In this document: positions 10,071 through 19,319 of the stretch, one piece after another
Layout: each line of letters begins with the position of its first letter
Position numbering within the stretch: the stretch's first letter is position 1
IMG/VR virus record: IMGVR_UViG_3300020200_000038
Location: 1 to 54,815 of that record
Length of the DNA: 54,815 nt
Reading direction: 5' to 3' (one strand)
Source of the DNA: a virus
Lineage: Duplodnaviria > Caudoviricetes
Notes under the pieces: generated by a model
Seen by the model: only the letters and a program-made list of their open reading frames with translations
Databases searched by the model: none
Told to the model about the DNA's origin: nothing
Made by a program: the position numbers and the translations under genes

Positions 10071-10444
10071 TAGGAGATTTCCTCGTAAGAACAAACCACC
10101 TTGAGGTCATTGGCCGCGCTAGCAGTCGCACCGATTGACTTGTTTTCTTCTAAGTAAATTGAGGTATTTTTATCAATCACCACCAAAGATGCGTCCGCAG
10201 GGACCAGCACCGTGTTGACAATTTGTGTTGCTGTGCCACTGATATTAGCCAAAGAATACAGGTTTACGGTAATTTCAGCACTATTAGTTCCATCCACATT
10301 TGAGACAATCAGCGAGTTGATCTTGAAAACCTTATTGCTTCCAGCTGTATTCTCGACCACCAAGGTGGCATTGGTCGAGGTGAGATCGGTAACCGCAGTC
10401 TTGCCCCGAATATCGGTAACATTGACGATGTTTGGGTTTGCCAT
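10070..10444 (-). CDS. tail-fibre-associated structural protein
   Basis: MANPNIVNV...SYEEIS beta-rich protein; RBS AGGAG. Confidence 0.65.
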   Translation of the reverse strand: MANPNIVNVTDIRGKTAVTDLTSTNATLVVENTAGSNKVFKINSLIVSNVDGTNSAEITVNLYSLANISGTATQIVNTVLVPADASLVVIDKNTSIYLEENKSIGATASAANDLKVVCSYEEIS

Positions 10445-10454
10445 TTAATTGCTC

Positions 10455-11729
10455 CTATCCGAAAACAAGTGACATTGCTATTGCTTTGCCAGTATTAATA
10501 CCGCCCAATGAAGAAAGGGCCGCGCTTGCAGATGTCTGCCCCGTTCCGCCGTTTGCAATTGCCAGCGCATTGGTGGGCGTTAAAGTCGTGGCTGTCAGCG
10601 CACCTGTGCTGGGGTTGAAAGTCAGTTTGGTCGATGAGACATCAAAGGTTGTTTCTGTGCCTGTAGTCAGGTCACTAAATGTAAGATAACGGGTTGCATT
10701 AGTTGTTGTATCGTTCGTAATTGTAATACCGCTTGCTGACCAGGTAGGGGCTGAAGCTCCGTTTGAAGTCAATACATACCCCGACGTTCCGGTTGAGTTT
10801 GCAAGGGCCAGGGTGCTGGTGATATTTAAAGTTGTGACCTTTGCCGAGGCCGCCGTTGTCTGACCGATGGCCACGTTATCCATGGTTGAGGCAGTTGTTG
10901 GGTTAATAGTCAGCGCACCAGCCGGAGATATTGCAACCGTTCCTGTTCCTGTTGGACTAATGCTGACCGCTGCGTTTGCAGGATTTATAGTAGTCGCAAC
11001 TTCAAGGGATAAGTTATTTCCACCACTAGATCCCCATTGCATCTGAGAAGTCCCGCTTGCATTTTGCAAAATTCCGCCTGTAGATGAAGTCGCCTTAAAT
11101 ATTGGACTACTAACTCCCGTACCATTCGCTACGACAGTAATATCCGTTATTCCAGTTAGTGAGCCTCCAGTTATAGATACAGAAGAAGCATTTTGTGTTG
11201 CTATACTTCCAAGACCTAGATTAGTACGGGCATCTGTCTGATTGCTAGCACCAGTACCACCATCAGAAACCGTAATATCTGTTATTCCAGTTACTGAACC
11301 CCCAGTTATAGATACAGAAGAAGCATTTTGTGTTGCTATACTTCCAAGACCCAAATTAGTACGAGCATCTGTCTGATTGCTGGCACCAGTACCACCATCT
11401 GCGACAGTAATATCCGTTATTCCAGTTACTGAACCCCCAGTTATGGCAACTGCATTAGCTGCTTGAGTAGCTATAGTACCAAGTCCTAATGCTGTTCTAG
11501 CATCAGCAGCAGTAATTGAACCAGTACCACCTTTAGTAATAGGTAATATACCAGTTGTACTTGTTGTAAGCGAAATTGATGCACCGCCACCTGCAGTACC
11601 ATCATGATTGTGTCCTGTAGCTGCATGCATAGAGCTGGTGATATCATTAAATTCTGCCGTAAAATGAGATGCTTGAATTGTAGCAGCAGTCACAATATCA
11701 TTTCTACTATATATATAACCTACTGGCAT
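10455..11729 (-). CDS. tail fibre protein
   Basis: N-terminal GHNHDG anchor, GGTGA...ARTNLGLG repeats, C-terminal GKAIAMSLVFG. Confidence 0.8.
   Translation of the reverse strand: MPVGYIYSRNDIVTAATIQASHFTAEFNDITSSMHAATGHNHDGTAGGGASISLTTSTTGILPITKGGTGSITAADARTALGLGTIATQAANAVAITGGSVTGITDITVADGGTGASNQTDARTNLGLGSIATQNASSVSITGGSVTGITDITVSDGGTGASNQTDARTNLGLGSIATQNASSVSITGGSLTGITDITVVANGTGVSSPIFKATSSTGGILQNASGTSQMQWGSSGGNNLSLEVATTINPANAAVSISPTGTGTVAISPAGALTINPTTASTMDNVAIGQTTAASAKVTTLNITSTLALANSTGTSGYVLTSNGASAPTWSASGITITNDTTTNATRYLTFSDLTTGTETTFDVSSTKLTFNPSTGALTATTLTPTNALAIANGGTGQTSASAALSSLGGINTGKAIAMSLVFG
11130..11445. repeat. 132-bp tandem repeats in the tail fibre gene
   Basis: ITGGSVTGITDITV...GGTGASNQTDARTNLGLGSIATQNASSVS repeated. 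Confidence 0.85.
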
Positions 11730-11732
11730 TTA

Positions 11733-13310
11733 TTATCTCCGTCCTGCAATCGCATAATCAATCACAAACCCTTGAATAGTATGTGATGAGTCAGTGGCAC
11801 TAGCTACAGAAAAATTTAAAGCTACTTCAAAACCTGAACCTACAGTATTTTTTGTTAATACAGAATTATCTTCAGTACCATAAGTTGCATTTCCATAAGT
11901 CCCTGTACCATAAACAGAATTAGAGGAAGTTTTAGTAATTGTAATATTGGCTGGTTGTATGATACCGAAAGCATTGTGGTCATATTCTAGACCAAGATTT
12001 ATGGTTGTTGTACCTTCAACTTTATAAAATATTTTTACTCTATGCAGTGTTTTTCTTATACCTGGGTCACCAAAAGTAATATCAGCAGTGCGAAATATGG
12101 AAGTAATTGCTGTATTATTAAAATTAACTCCATTTTCCTGCCGATAAACAAACCCATCAAAACCCCCATGGATTACATATTCATCTTCATTAATAAATGA
12201 TGAGTCAACTGTATGAGGTTTAATGCCTTTTAATGTTGACCATTCCCATACTAATCCGCCCTCACTTTGAGAACGAATACCACCCAAGATACCTAAAGCT
12301 TGAGTTTCAGCTTGACCGGTAGTAGGATAAAATACTCTATATTGATTTTTCTTACGAACAGCAGTAGCTACAACATTGTTAACCCCTGCTGTAGGTACCA
12401 TAGAATTAGCAGTTGATTGAATATTACGTGAGATTGAGCCTAGTTCAAAGTCATCATTTCGTTCAGTTGCGGCAAGAGTTCTGACACCATCCGGACCAAC
12501 GAACAGGATATCACCACCAACTTCAACGATACTATTAGGTGCGATACACCCAATATTTTCAGTAATAGGTAATAATTGAAAATCTAGAGTATTAGAACCG
12601 GTCAGTCTATGAATACTGTTTTCACAAAAAATAATAAGTTGATCACGAAAACGAACTAAACCAGTAATAGTATCGCCAACAACTAAAGTACCTGAATTTC
12701 CACCACTAAAAGCTGTTTCAGCAAGATTATTACACCATTTAATCTCACCGGTATTAGCTGTGTAACCAGCATAGAATATGTAATTCTTAAATTCTTCTAT
12801 ATATTTAGGATTAACTGGTGCCCCAAGACCTGCGGTAGTATTAATTAATGTATAAGTTGTGCCATCCCATCGTGCAGGAAAATCAACACCATCAACCATA
12901 ATAACACGTTTAATACCAGTCCAGTTATAGCGTACAAAATTGTATTTACTTTGAAAACTAGTACGTGGAGTGGCGCCATTAATAGCTGTACCCCAACCAG
13001 AACCAATACTGAAGAATACATCGCTATTATTAGTTCCAGAGCGCTTCTTGGCAGCAAGAACACCAGCCCCAAATACGCATACACCTAAGACTGGAGCACC
13101 TGCTTGTCCTGTAACTTCATTAAGATCGAACTTATTAAAACCACTAAGACGACGATAGCCACCGCCTAAAGCAGGCTCATAATTCTGAAGCTTAAGAGCA
13201 TGACCAGGCTTTAAACTCAAAATGTTAGAATGAGTTTGAAGACCACCTTCACAAATACCCATAAGGGGCTTAATTTTGTCGCGTTCGCCTGTTCCAGAAA
13301 GTTGAGCCAT
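11733..13310 (-). CDS. tail nozzle / tubular protein B-like (head closure)
   Basis: GGL..., GCIAPNSIVEVGGDILF motifs; beta-rich, 525 aa; follows the adaptor gene. Confidence 0.75.
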   Translation of the reverse strand: MAQLSGTGERDKIKPLMGICEGGLQTHSNILSLKPGHALKLQNYEPALGGGYRRLSGFNKFDLNEVTGQAGAPVLGVCVFGAGVLAAKKRSGTNNSDVFFSIGSGWGTAINGATPRTSFQSKYNFVRYNWTGIKRVIMVDGVDFPARWDGTTYTLINTTAGLGAPVNPKYIEEFKNYIFYAGYTANTGEIKWCNNLAETAFSGGNSGTLVVGDTITGLVRFRDQLIIFCENSIHRLTGSNTLDFQLLPITENIGCIAPNSIVEVGGDILFVGPDGVRTLAATERNDDFELGSISRNIQSTANSMVPTAGVNNVVATAVRKKNQYRVFYPTTGQAETQALGILGGIRSQSEGGLVWEWSTLKGIKPHTVDSSFINEDEYVIHGGFDGFVYRQENGVNFNNTAITSIFRTADITFGDPGIRKTLHRVKIFYKVEGTTTINLGLEYDHNAFGIIQPANITITKTSSNSVYGTGTYGNATYGTEDNSVLTKNTVGSGFEVALNFSVASATDSSHTIQGFVIDYAIAGRR

Positions 13311-14419
13311 TACATGCCACTAAAGATTAACGGTAAATGAGTTGATTTTCTAAAATATTCCCTGCCAACAATGCGATCTGATTTATTAATTAATTCAATA
13401 CGCATATGTTTTAGGTTCTTTTCATAGTTCTGATTAATTAATATAGCTCCGTCACTATTCTCACGGAATAGATATAGATAATATAAAGCACGATCTTCAA
13501 TAACATGATGAAAACGTACTGGAATTGGAGAAATATCACTATTTACAGTCATACGATCTGCTTGTTTCCAGTAAGTGTAAGTTACTAGATAATCGTCATT
13601 AGGAACTGGTGTAACACCAAAACCATCATCTTTAGTTGCAAATACAAATAGAGGTTTTGAGTATTCACTTGGTTGAGCATAAGAATCCTGGACACTATAA
13701 AGGCGATTATAGCGATCTAACTCCATATACTCTAACTTCTCTTCTTGAATTTCACGGAACACTTGAACTAAATCAACAGCTCTATTTTCATTAGCTGAAT
13801 TAAGAAAATCAATAAAGGTATTTGCAGTAGTGGCTACAAAAGTTACAGTAAAGAAATTCCATCCACCAGCATTTACAGTTCCCATGGATTTAGAAGTATA
13901 GATTTCACTTCCACCGGAAGTTGAGCCAATTCGTAAATTAATCGCTCCGTCGAAATATCGTACAATAATCCTATATGTCTGTGTTGCTACGGTAGCTATA
14001 CTTTGTTCAGCAATGCCTACACCAGCAGCCCCACCATTTAATTGTAACCTACCATTACCACTTGAGATATGAGCAATAGTACCAGTAGCAGTAGATAAGT
14101 TACTCCAGTTTGTTATATTACTAGTAAATGCACCGTTAGTTACTAGATCAGCCGGCTTTAGAAAAAAACTCTCCCAGTCAACAGAAGTATAGCCTGTAGG
14201 GAGACTATACAACCGCTGACCGGGAGTTAATGTTTGACTTCCTGATTGAACGTTAAATGGCCACTCTAATTCTGTATTATTAATATCATCTATAGCATCA
14301 AGTACTGCTCGAGTTACGTAGTCTTGTATACTGGTATTAGCACCAGCTGCTACGCTAGTAATTTGTACTTCATTAACTCTCGATAATACATTATTACACA
14401 ACTGTAAATAAGTGGCCAT
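13310..14419 (-). CDS. head-tail adaptor / tubular protein A-like with an internal beta-sandwich insert
   Basis: MATYLQLCNNVL.R.NE N-terminus and IPVRFHHVI C-terminal motif. Confidence 0.75.
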   Translation of the reverse strand: MATYLQLCNNVLSRVNEVQITSVAAGANTSIQDYVTRAVLDAIDDINNTELEWPFNVQSGSQTLTPGQRLYSLPTGYTSVDWESFFLKPADLVTNGAFTSNITNWSNLSTATGTIAHISSGNGRLQLNGGAAGVGIAEQSIATVATQTYRIIVRYFDGAINLRIGSTSGGSEIYTSKSMGTVNAGGWNFFTVTFVATTANTFIDFLNSANENRAVDLVQVFREIQEEKLEYMELDRYNRLYSVQDSYAQPSEYSKPLFVFATKDDGFGVTPVPNDDYLVTYTYWKQADRMTVNSDISPIPVRFHHVIEDRALYYLYLFRENSDGAILINQNYEKNLKHMRIELINKSDRIVGREYFRKSTHLPLIFSGM

Positions 14420-14431
14420 TTATTATCCTAA

Positions 14432-14893
14432 TTAGGTAACACGAATTGTAGTTACATTAGCAGCATCAGTTGCATCTGCTACCAGCCAATAGAAATGGGC
14501 TACACCAGTAGTACCTGGATTTGCACCAGCAAAGGTTAGCCGTGCTGTGACACCAGCAGTCGAATAACCAAACATGGTGTTGTTGGTAAGATGTCCAACA
14601 GTCGCCAGTGACTGGGCGCTAAGCCAACGAGTAGCTGAACTTGAGTCACCAACACTAACTGTAGACGAAGCTGCAAAGGCTGTGCTAATGAATACACCAG
14701 CACCTGTGCAAACACTCCCGATAGGGAATGTCATAGGATCTAGTGTATCACCGTTTACTAGTGTTACAGCTGAACCAGCAGCGGTCTTAATCTGACCGTT
14801 CTGAAGAAAAAAGCTGAAAACACGTACACCCTTAAGATTTGATGGATGCTGCCCAGCGGCAGGAGTTCCACCATTATGGACATAAGCGACCAT
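14432..14893 (-). CDS. putative capsid decoration/minor structural protein
   Basis: Beta-rich 153-aa protein directly after the major capsid gene; RBS GGAGG. Confidence 0.55.
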   Translation of the reverse strand: MVAYVHNGGTPAAGQHPSNLKGVRVFSFFLQNGQIKTAAGSAVTLVNGDTLDPMTFPIGSVCTGAGVFISTAFAASSTVSVGDSSSATRWLSAQSLATVGHLTNNTMFGYSTAGVTARLTFAGANPGTTGVAHFYWLVADATDAANVTTIRVT

Positions 14894-14905
14894 TTAAATG
14901 CCTCC

Positions 14906-15832
14906 TTATGAGAACTTGACGAATGCACCAGCTAGTGCATCACCGCGTAATGTTTTACGACCATAAAGGTGTAAACCACGTACAACGTCAGCAAAGCTGT
15001 CAGGATCGCGAATCATCTCAGTCTTTGCGATCTGAGAGGCAGTTACAGTGCTGGACATATGACCAGCAAGAACCATTGTAGTGGCATCCGTAAAGGTGCT
15101 ACTTGGGGTTTCACTATTAGGTGGTAGGTTGTTCGACATGTATGCAGTCATACCACGGATTGGTTTGTTGGTAACAAGACCATTACGTAGTGGTGACACG
15201 CTATCGCCAGTAACCTGAACTTCTATCAGTTTGCTATTTTCGTCAGCCATTTTCTCCCAGAAAGCTGGTGAGCCAACAACCCAACGACCATCAGTTGGTA
15301 CGTTGTCTTCGTCAAGTAGACGATTTAGACGGTTTAGAACAGCTAGTGGCGTAATTTGACCAGCACTGAAACCTACAGTAGTAGCAGAAGTAACAGTACC
15401 ATAGTTGTTGCCAGTAGCAATCTGAAGACGCATATATTCAAGAATTTCTTTATCAAACTGATCTTTCAAACCATAAGCAGCTGAACTAGTAGCCATGGTT
15501 TCCCAGTTGATATGGGCATGCTTTGCTTCAATGTCATCGACCTTGAATGCAAAAGCATTAGCTTTATCAACAATAAGTGAAATTTCATCATCTATTAGGT
15601 CCTGTGGTACTACGGTTTGACCACGGGCATAAGATGAAACAGCAACTGTTGGCTCGTTGATAATCTTAACAGTATCACCGAAATTCTCAATTTCGCCAGC
15701 GTAATCAGTGTTAGTGATGTCCTCAACAACTGAGGTACGACGGAAGAACTTAAGAACCTTCTTACTGTAGATTACAGGAGTAAAGTTGCCATTGGGCAGG
15801 TTGGTATAACCAGCTGAACGTGCAAAAGCCAT
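14906..15832 (-). CDS. major capsid protein (P22 coat-like, HK97 fold)
   Basis: NLPNGNF.P.IYSKKV, ITNTDY.GEI...GDTV.II, DSFAD.VRGLHLYG motifs; strong RBS. Confidence 0.9.
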   Translation of the reverse strand: MAFARSAGYTNLPNGNFTPVIYSKKVLKFFRRTSVVEDITNTDYAGEIENFGDTVKIINEPTVAVSSYARGQTVVPQDLIDDEISLIVDKANAFAFKVDDIEAKHAHINWETMATSSAAYGLKDQFDKEILEYMRLQIATGNNYGTVTSATTVGFSAGQITPLAVLNRLNRLLDEDNVPTDGRWVVGSPAFWEKMADENSKLIEVQVTGDSVSPLRNGLVTNKPIRGMTAYMSNNLPPNSETPSSTFTDATTMVLAGHMSSTVTASQIAKTEMIRDPDSFADVVRGLHLYGRKTLRGDALAGAFVKFS

Positions 15833-15849
15833 TTTATTCTCCTATAAAA

Positions 15850-16686
15850 TTAATCCCGAATTCTACCTTCTTTTCGGGCCGCGTCGATCTCGTCTTCTAG
15901 ACGGTCAAAGTCGCGTTCTGATAGACGTGCAATTTCTGCAGTGGTCCAAATCTTCTTGCCAGGCTTATCAGTCTGAGATTTCGAGCGAGGATTAACTTCA
16001 AGAGCTGCATCTGCATTCAAGCCAGCTGCCTTGCTCTTGCTCTTCACAATTCCTCTATCATTTTTGTATATATCAATAGCACGAATTGCTAACCTAGCTT
16101 TACCAGGATTGTTGTAGACCCAATCCTGTAATTCTTGATCTTGTTCTGCTGCCCAGTCGTGGAAATCGGCACTATTACTAAGCTCATCAAAATCAGGATG
16201 CAGCTTCTTAATTTCTAGGATTGCTTTGTCCACAGCTGTTTGCTGATTAACAGTCTTCAAATCCTCAATCTCTTCACGAAGATTGTCTAAATCCTTGTCC
16301 TTTTCAAGACGGGAAATAGCTTTCATCATTTTATATGCTTCAGGAAACTTATTTCTGAAATGCTGTAAATCTTCCGCAGAAGTAATTGGAGTATTTGGTA
16401 GATTGCTTGCTCTAGCAGTAGCAGTTTCTAGTTGCTTAATTCGTGTTCTTAATTCACCTACGGTTCTGTCATAATGACCTTTCAGATCGCCATAACGCTT
16501 TTTGTAGGTTTTCTCTTCGGGCTTTAGCTCTTCAACAGGTTCGTTAGCTTGAGTGGCAGCGTTTAGCTGTTCTGCCTTTGAGGTAGCTGTTTCATCTTCC
16601 TCTTCCTTAACTCGACGATAGTGTCCACGGTAAGGAAGTACCCGCTCTTCAGTCGTTACAGTAGTAGCTGTTTCTTCATTTGCCAT
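15850..16686 (-). CDS. capsid scaffolding protein
   Basis: YKKRYGDL, HPDF, C-terminal EIDAARKEGRI; directly upstream of the capsid gene. Confidence 0.85.
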   Translation of the reverse strand: MANEETATTVTTEERVLPYRGHYRRVKEEEDETATSKAEQLNAATQANEPVEELKPEEKTYKKRYGDLKGHYDRTVGELRTRIKQLETATARASNLPNTPITSAEDLQHFRNKFPEAYKMMKAISRLEKDKDLDNLREEIEDLKTVNQQTAVDKAILEIKKLHPDFDELSNSADFHDWAAEQDQELQDWVYNNPGKARLAIRAIDIYKNDRGIVKSKSKAAGLNADAALEVNPRSKSQTDKPGKKIWTTAEIARLSERDFDRLEDEIDAARKEGRIRD

Positions 16687-16701
16687 TTTTGTCTCCTTTG
16701 T

Positions 16702-16766
16702 TAGGGTCGAAAATCGAGTAGCCTATCGAGAAGACCGACCTAGGGGCTGATTGCTCAGGTGGCCTA
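16702..16766 (-). promoter_or_regulatory. two tandem RNA hairpins in the scaffold mRNA leader
   Basis: UAGG-CCAC-CUGA-GCAA-UCAG-CC-CCUA and UAGG-CUAC-UCGA-UUU-UCGA-C-CCUA immediately before the AAGGAG RBS. Confidence 0.65.
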
Positions 16767-17210
16767 AAAGATTGACTTGTCTGGTAGTTGCCTCCCACCA
16801 TTAGGCTGTGGTGGTGCTGATGTTGACCTAGCTGGTCCAACTGGCGGTGACCCGGTAATCTCACTATCTTCCGCGAAGGAATCCTCGTCAGGTCCGGTAT
16901 TCAACGTAGTCGCAACTACATCAGCTAGAATATCTATGGATGTAGGGCCTAGTGCTTCTTCTAGCTGATTTATGAATGCATCGAATATCTGTCTAATTGA
17001 CTCATATTGCGCTTCAGGTTGCAGCTGTTCAAACTTCTGTCTAATTTGTTGCGGATCTTGCTCTCCGGCAGGTTCATCAAAAGAAGGTTGTGCCTGAGCT
17101 TGTGCCATTGGTCGTTGCATTGATCGTTGCACTGGTTGCGGCATTGGTTGCTGCATTGGTTGCGGCATTGGTTGCGGCATTGGTTGCTGCATTATAGTTG
17201 GTTGTGGCAT
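16764..17210 (-). CDS. hypothetical Gln/Pro-rich protein
   Basis: AAGGAG RBS before ATG 17210, preferred over 17330; QPMP repeats. Confidence 0.65.
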   Translation of the reverse strand: MPQPTIMQQPMPQPMPQPMQQPMPQPVQRSMQRPMAQAQAQPSFDEPAGEQDPQQIRQKFEQLQPEAQYESIRQIFDAFINQLEEALGPTSIDILADVVATTLNTGPDEDSFAEDSEITGSPPVGPARSTSAPPQPNGGRQLPDKSIF

Positions 17211-17229
17211 GTTATTCTCCTTAAATTTT

Positions 17230-19122
17230 TCACCTCTGTCTGGGGTTTCTGTTAGTTGACTCCGCTCTTGGAGATCTTGACTCCGCTCTTGGAGATCTTG
17301 ACTCCGCTCTTGGAGATCTTGATGAGACATTCTTCGCCGCCGCGCCCCACGTCGGAGTATTAATATTGGGCATACCCTTACCTAAAAATAAGGTGCCATT
17401 TATTATCTTATTTCCCTCGAAGGCAGAGTCGTCTGTAGTCCCAGATTGTCGCCGTTGCCTAGGCTGAGCAACTTTCGAAATCACACCATCGATGAAGCGG
17501 CGGTAAGCATTTACCGCAACCTCGTCGAGCGCTTCTTCAGACCTTGCGTTCTGCTTTATCTGTTCTGCTCGGTGAGCATTTGAAGGAAATACTGTTTGTC
17601 TAGCATCCATACTGCTGGAAAGTACCTCTCCCCTTCTCTGCTCCGCTTTGGCTTCCCTGGGAGTGACGGCTTTGGCTTCAACCTGCTTGTTATAGGTATT
17701 CTCTTGGTGTAACGCACGAAGGGTTTGCCCAAATCGAGATGAGGGCATCTTATGTAACTCTCTTAGTTCTGCCCCAAGTCCAGATCTTAGCTGTTCATAA
17801 GATTGGCTGGATTTCGGTCCAAACTTCCGACCAAATTGTCGCCGTGATACTTTGGCTTCCTCCGCTCCAAGACTACGTAACTCGATTGGTACTGGCTGAC
17901 TAGACTGGGGCTTCGAAGGCTTGACGTCCCCTACATAAGAAGTAATTGGATTATCTTGTTCTAGTATAACTTCAATCGGCACATTATACTGGGGCTTCCC
18001 ATTATACTGGGGCTTCCCATCTTGGTGTAACGCCATACTGCTGGAAAGTACCTCTCCCCTTCTCTGCTCCGCTTTGGCTTCACGAAGGGTTTGCCCAAAT
18101 CGAGATCGAGCATCCTCCGCTCCAAGACTACGTAACTCGATTGGTACTGGCTGACTAGACTGGGGCTTCAATCGAGATCGAGCATCCTCCGCGGGGGTTC
18201 GCCCAGAGTGCATCGCCTGTACGGCCCTTACATAGTCCGTCAAATTGTTAAAACCAAGGCTCTGTGCGTATCTCGTTACAGCCTCCAAAACCCTGGCGGG
18301 ATTATCATATATGGCGCCGCTTAATCCTATTACATTACCACTGGAATCAACATTAAACCCAATAGACCCCGATACACCGAACTGTTCTCCTGATATAGTC
18401 AAACCTTTGCTGTATAAATTGTTCATATGCTTAGCCTGTGCACTACCGAGCGCATTTGCAATAAGGCCGAGTCCTGGTATGACATTCAGTAAGGTCTCAA
18501 CGAAAACACCAGGACGTGTGGCAGTCCATTGCCCAGCAACATACTGAGGATTAGTTCCCAGTACCTCGGGATTTGACAAAGCACTGACACCAGTACCTAT
18601 TAACCCTGCAATGGGGCCACCAGCACCAGCAATATGACTAACAACTGCAGCCACCGTGCCAGCTGGGGTCTTACCATATTTAGCACCTTCAATAAGATTA
18701 GACATTAAAGAGCTGTCTGAACGGGCCTGTGGTACTTCTTGGTGTAACGCACGAAGGGTTTGCCCATACCGAGCATCTGGTATGTTGGCTGCAACATCCA
18801 TTAGACGGTTACGTTCATAACCATAGTCCGAACCGCGAAATCCGTTAGGATTTTCAATGATACTAGGTGGCCTGACAGAAAGATTAGATTCTGGATCATT
18901 AGGTGATTTTGGTACAGTAGAAACTGGTGGATTACCAAATTCAAACTGAGGGGGAGCTATTATCGAGACAGGAGATCTATTCTTGTAGCGATATGCTATA
19001 CGACCATGGGCATCAATATAAGCTTCCAATTGTTTAGTAGGATCATACATATTGTATTGACTACTATATGAATTTTGAAAACCCGGCCTATTGATTATAG
19101 TTGGTGTTTCGTATGTTGCCAT
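17230..19122 (-). CDS. putative virion protein with a mosaic central/C-terminal region (630 aa)
   Basis: ORF between portal and scaffold, coupled to the upstream stop (TAATG); many internally reused peptides. Confidence 0.65.
   Translation of the reverse strand: MATYETPTIINRPGFQNSYSSQYNMYDPTKQLEAYIDAHGRIAYRYKNRSPVSIIAPPQFEFGNPPVSTVPKSPNDPESNLSVRPPSIIENPNGFRGSDYGYERNRLMDVAANIPDARYGQTLRALHQEVPQARSDSSLMSNLIEGAKYGKTPAGTVAAVVSHIAGAGGPIAGLIGTGVSALSNPEVLGTNPQYVAGQWTATRPGVFVETLLNVIPGLGLIANALGSAQAKHMNNLYSKGLTISGEQFGVSGSIGFNVDSSGNVIGLSGAIYDNPARVLEAVTRYAQSLGFNNLTDYVRAVQAMHSGRTPAEDARSRLKPQSSQPVPIELRSLGAEDARSRFGQTLREAKAEQRRGEVLSSSMALHQDGKPQYNGKPQYNVPIEVILEQDNPITSYVGDVKPSKPQSSQPVPIELRSLGAEEAKVSRRQFGRKFGPKSSQSYEQLRSGLGAELRELHKMPSSRFGQTLRALHQENTYNKQVEAKAVTPREAKAEQRRGEVLSSSMDARQTVFPSNAHRAEQIKQNARSEEALDEVAVNAYRRFIDGVISKVAQPRQRRQSGTTDDSAFEGNKIINGTLFLGKGMPNINTPTWGAAAKNVSSRSPRAESRSPRAESRSPRAESTNRNPRQR
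17256..17322. repeat. 21-bp tandem repeat x3
   Basis: ttgactccgctcttggagatc x3. Confidence 0.9.
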
Positions 19123-19319
19123 TAGTTTTTACTACCTATACTAAGAAGTTCTCGCACTAAAGCCGCTCTCCCCTGGAGTTGGAACAGAGCCTGTTCCGAT
19201 TGTGCCCCCTCCAGCCCCCGATGTATCTGCTGGAGACGCTCCTGCAACCATTCCGAGATTTTCACCCCCTGGGGGCTCTGGAGCGCTAATCGGACTTGGT
19301 GTACCAATTTGTCTTCCAT
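19122..19319 (-). CDS. small portal-proximal protein, overprinted on the portal 3' end
   Basis: LFQLQGRAALVRELL motif resembles small genes that follow podophage portals; its stop overlaps the next ATG. Confidence 0.6.
   Translation of the reverse strand: MEDKLVHQVRLALQSPQGVKISEWLQERLQQIHRGLEGAQSEQALFQLQGRAALVRELLSIGSKN

Noticed and set aside
17211-17330. N-terminal extension (QDLQERS x3) of the 188-aa ORF
   Set aside because: Alternative frame of the 21-bp repeat in the upstream gene; the strong RBS is at ATG 17210.
17600-18770. Diversity-generating retroelement
   Set aside because: No reverse transcriptase and no ~100-bp template/variable pair with adenine-specific mismatches.
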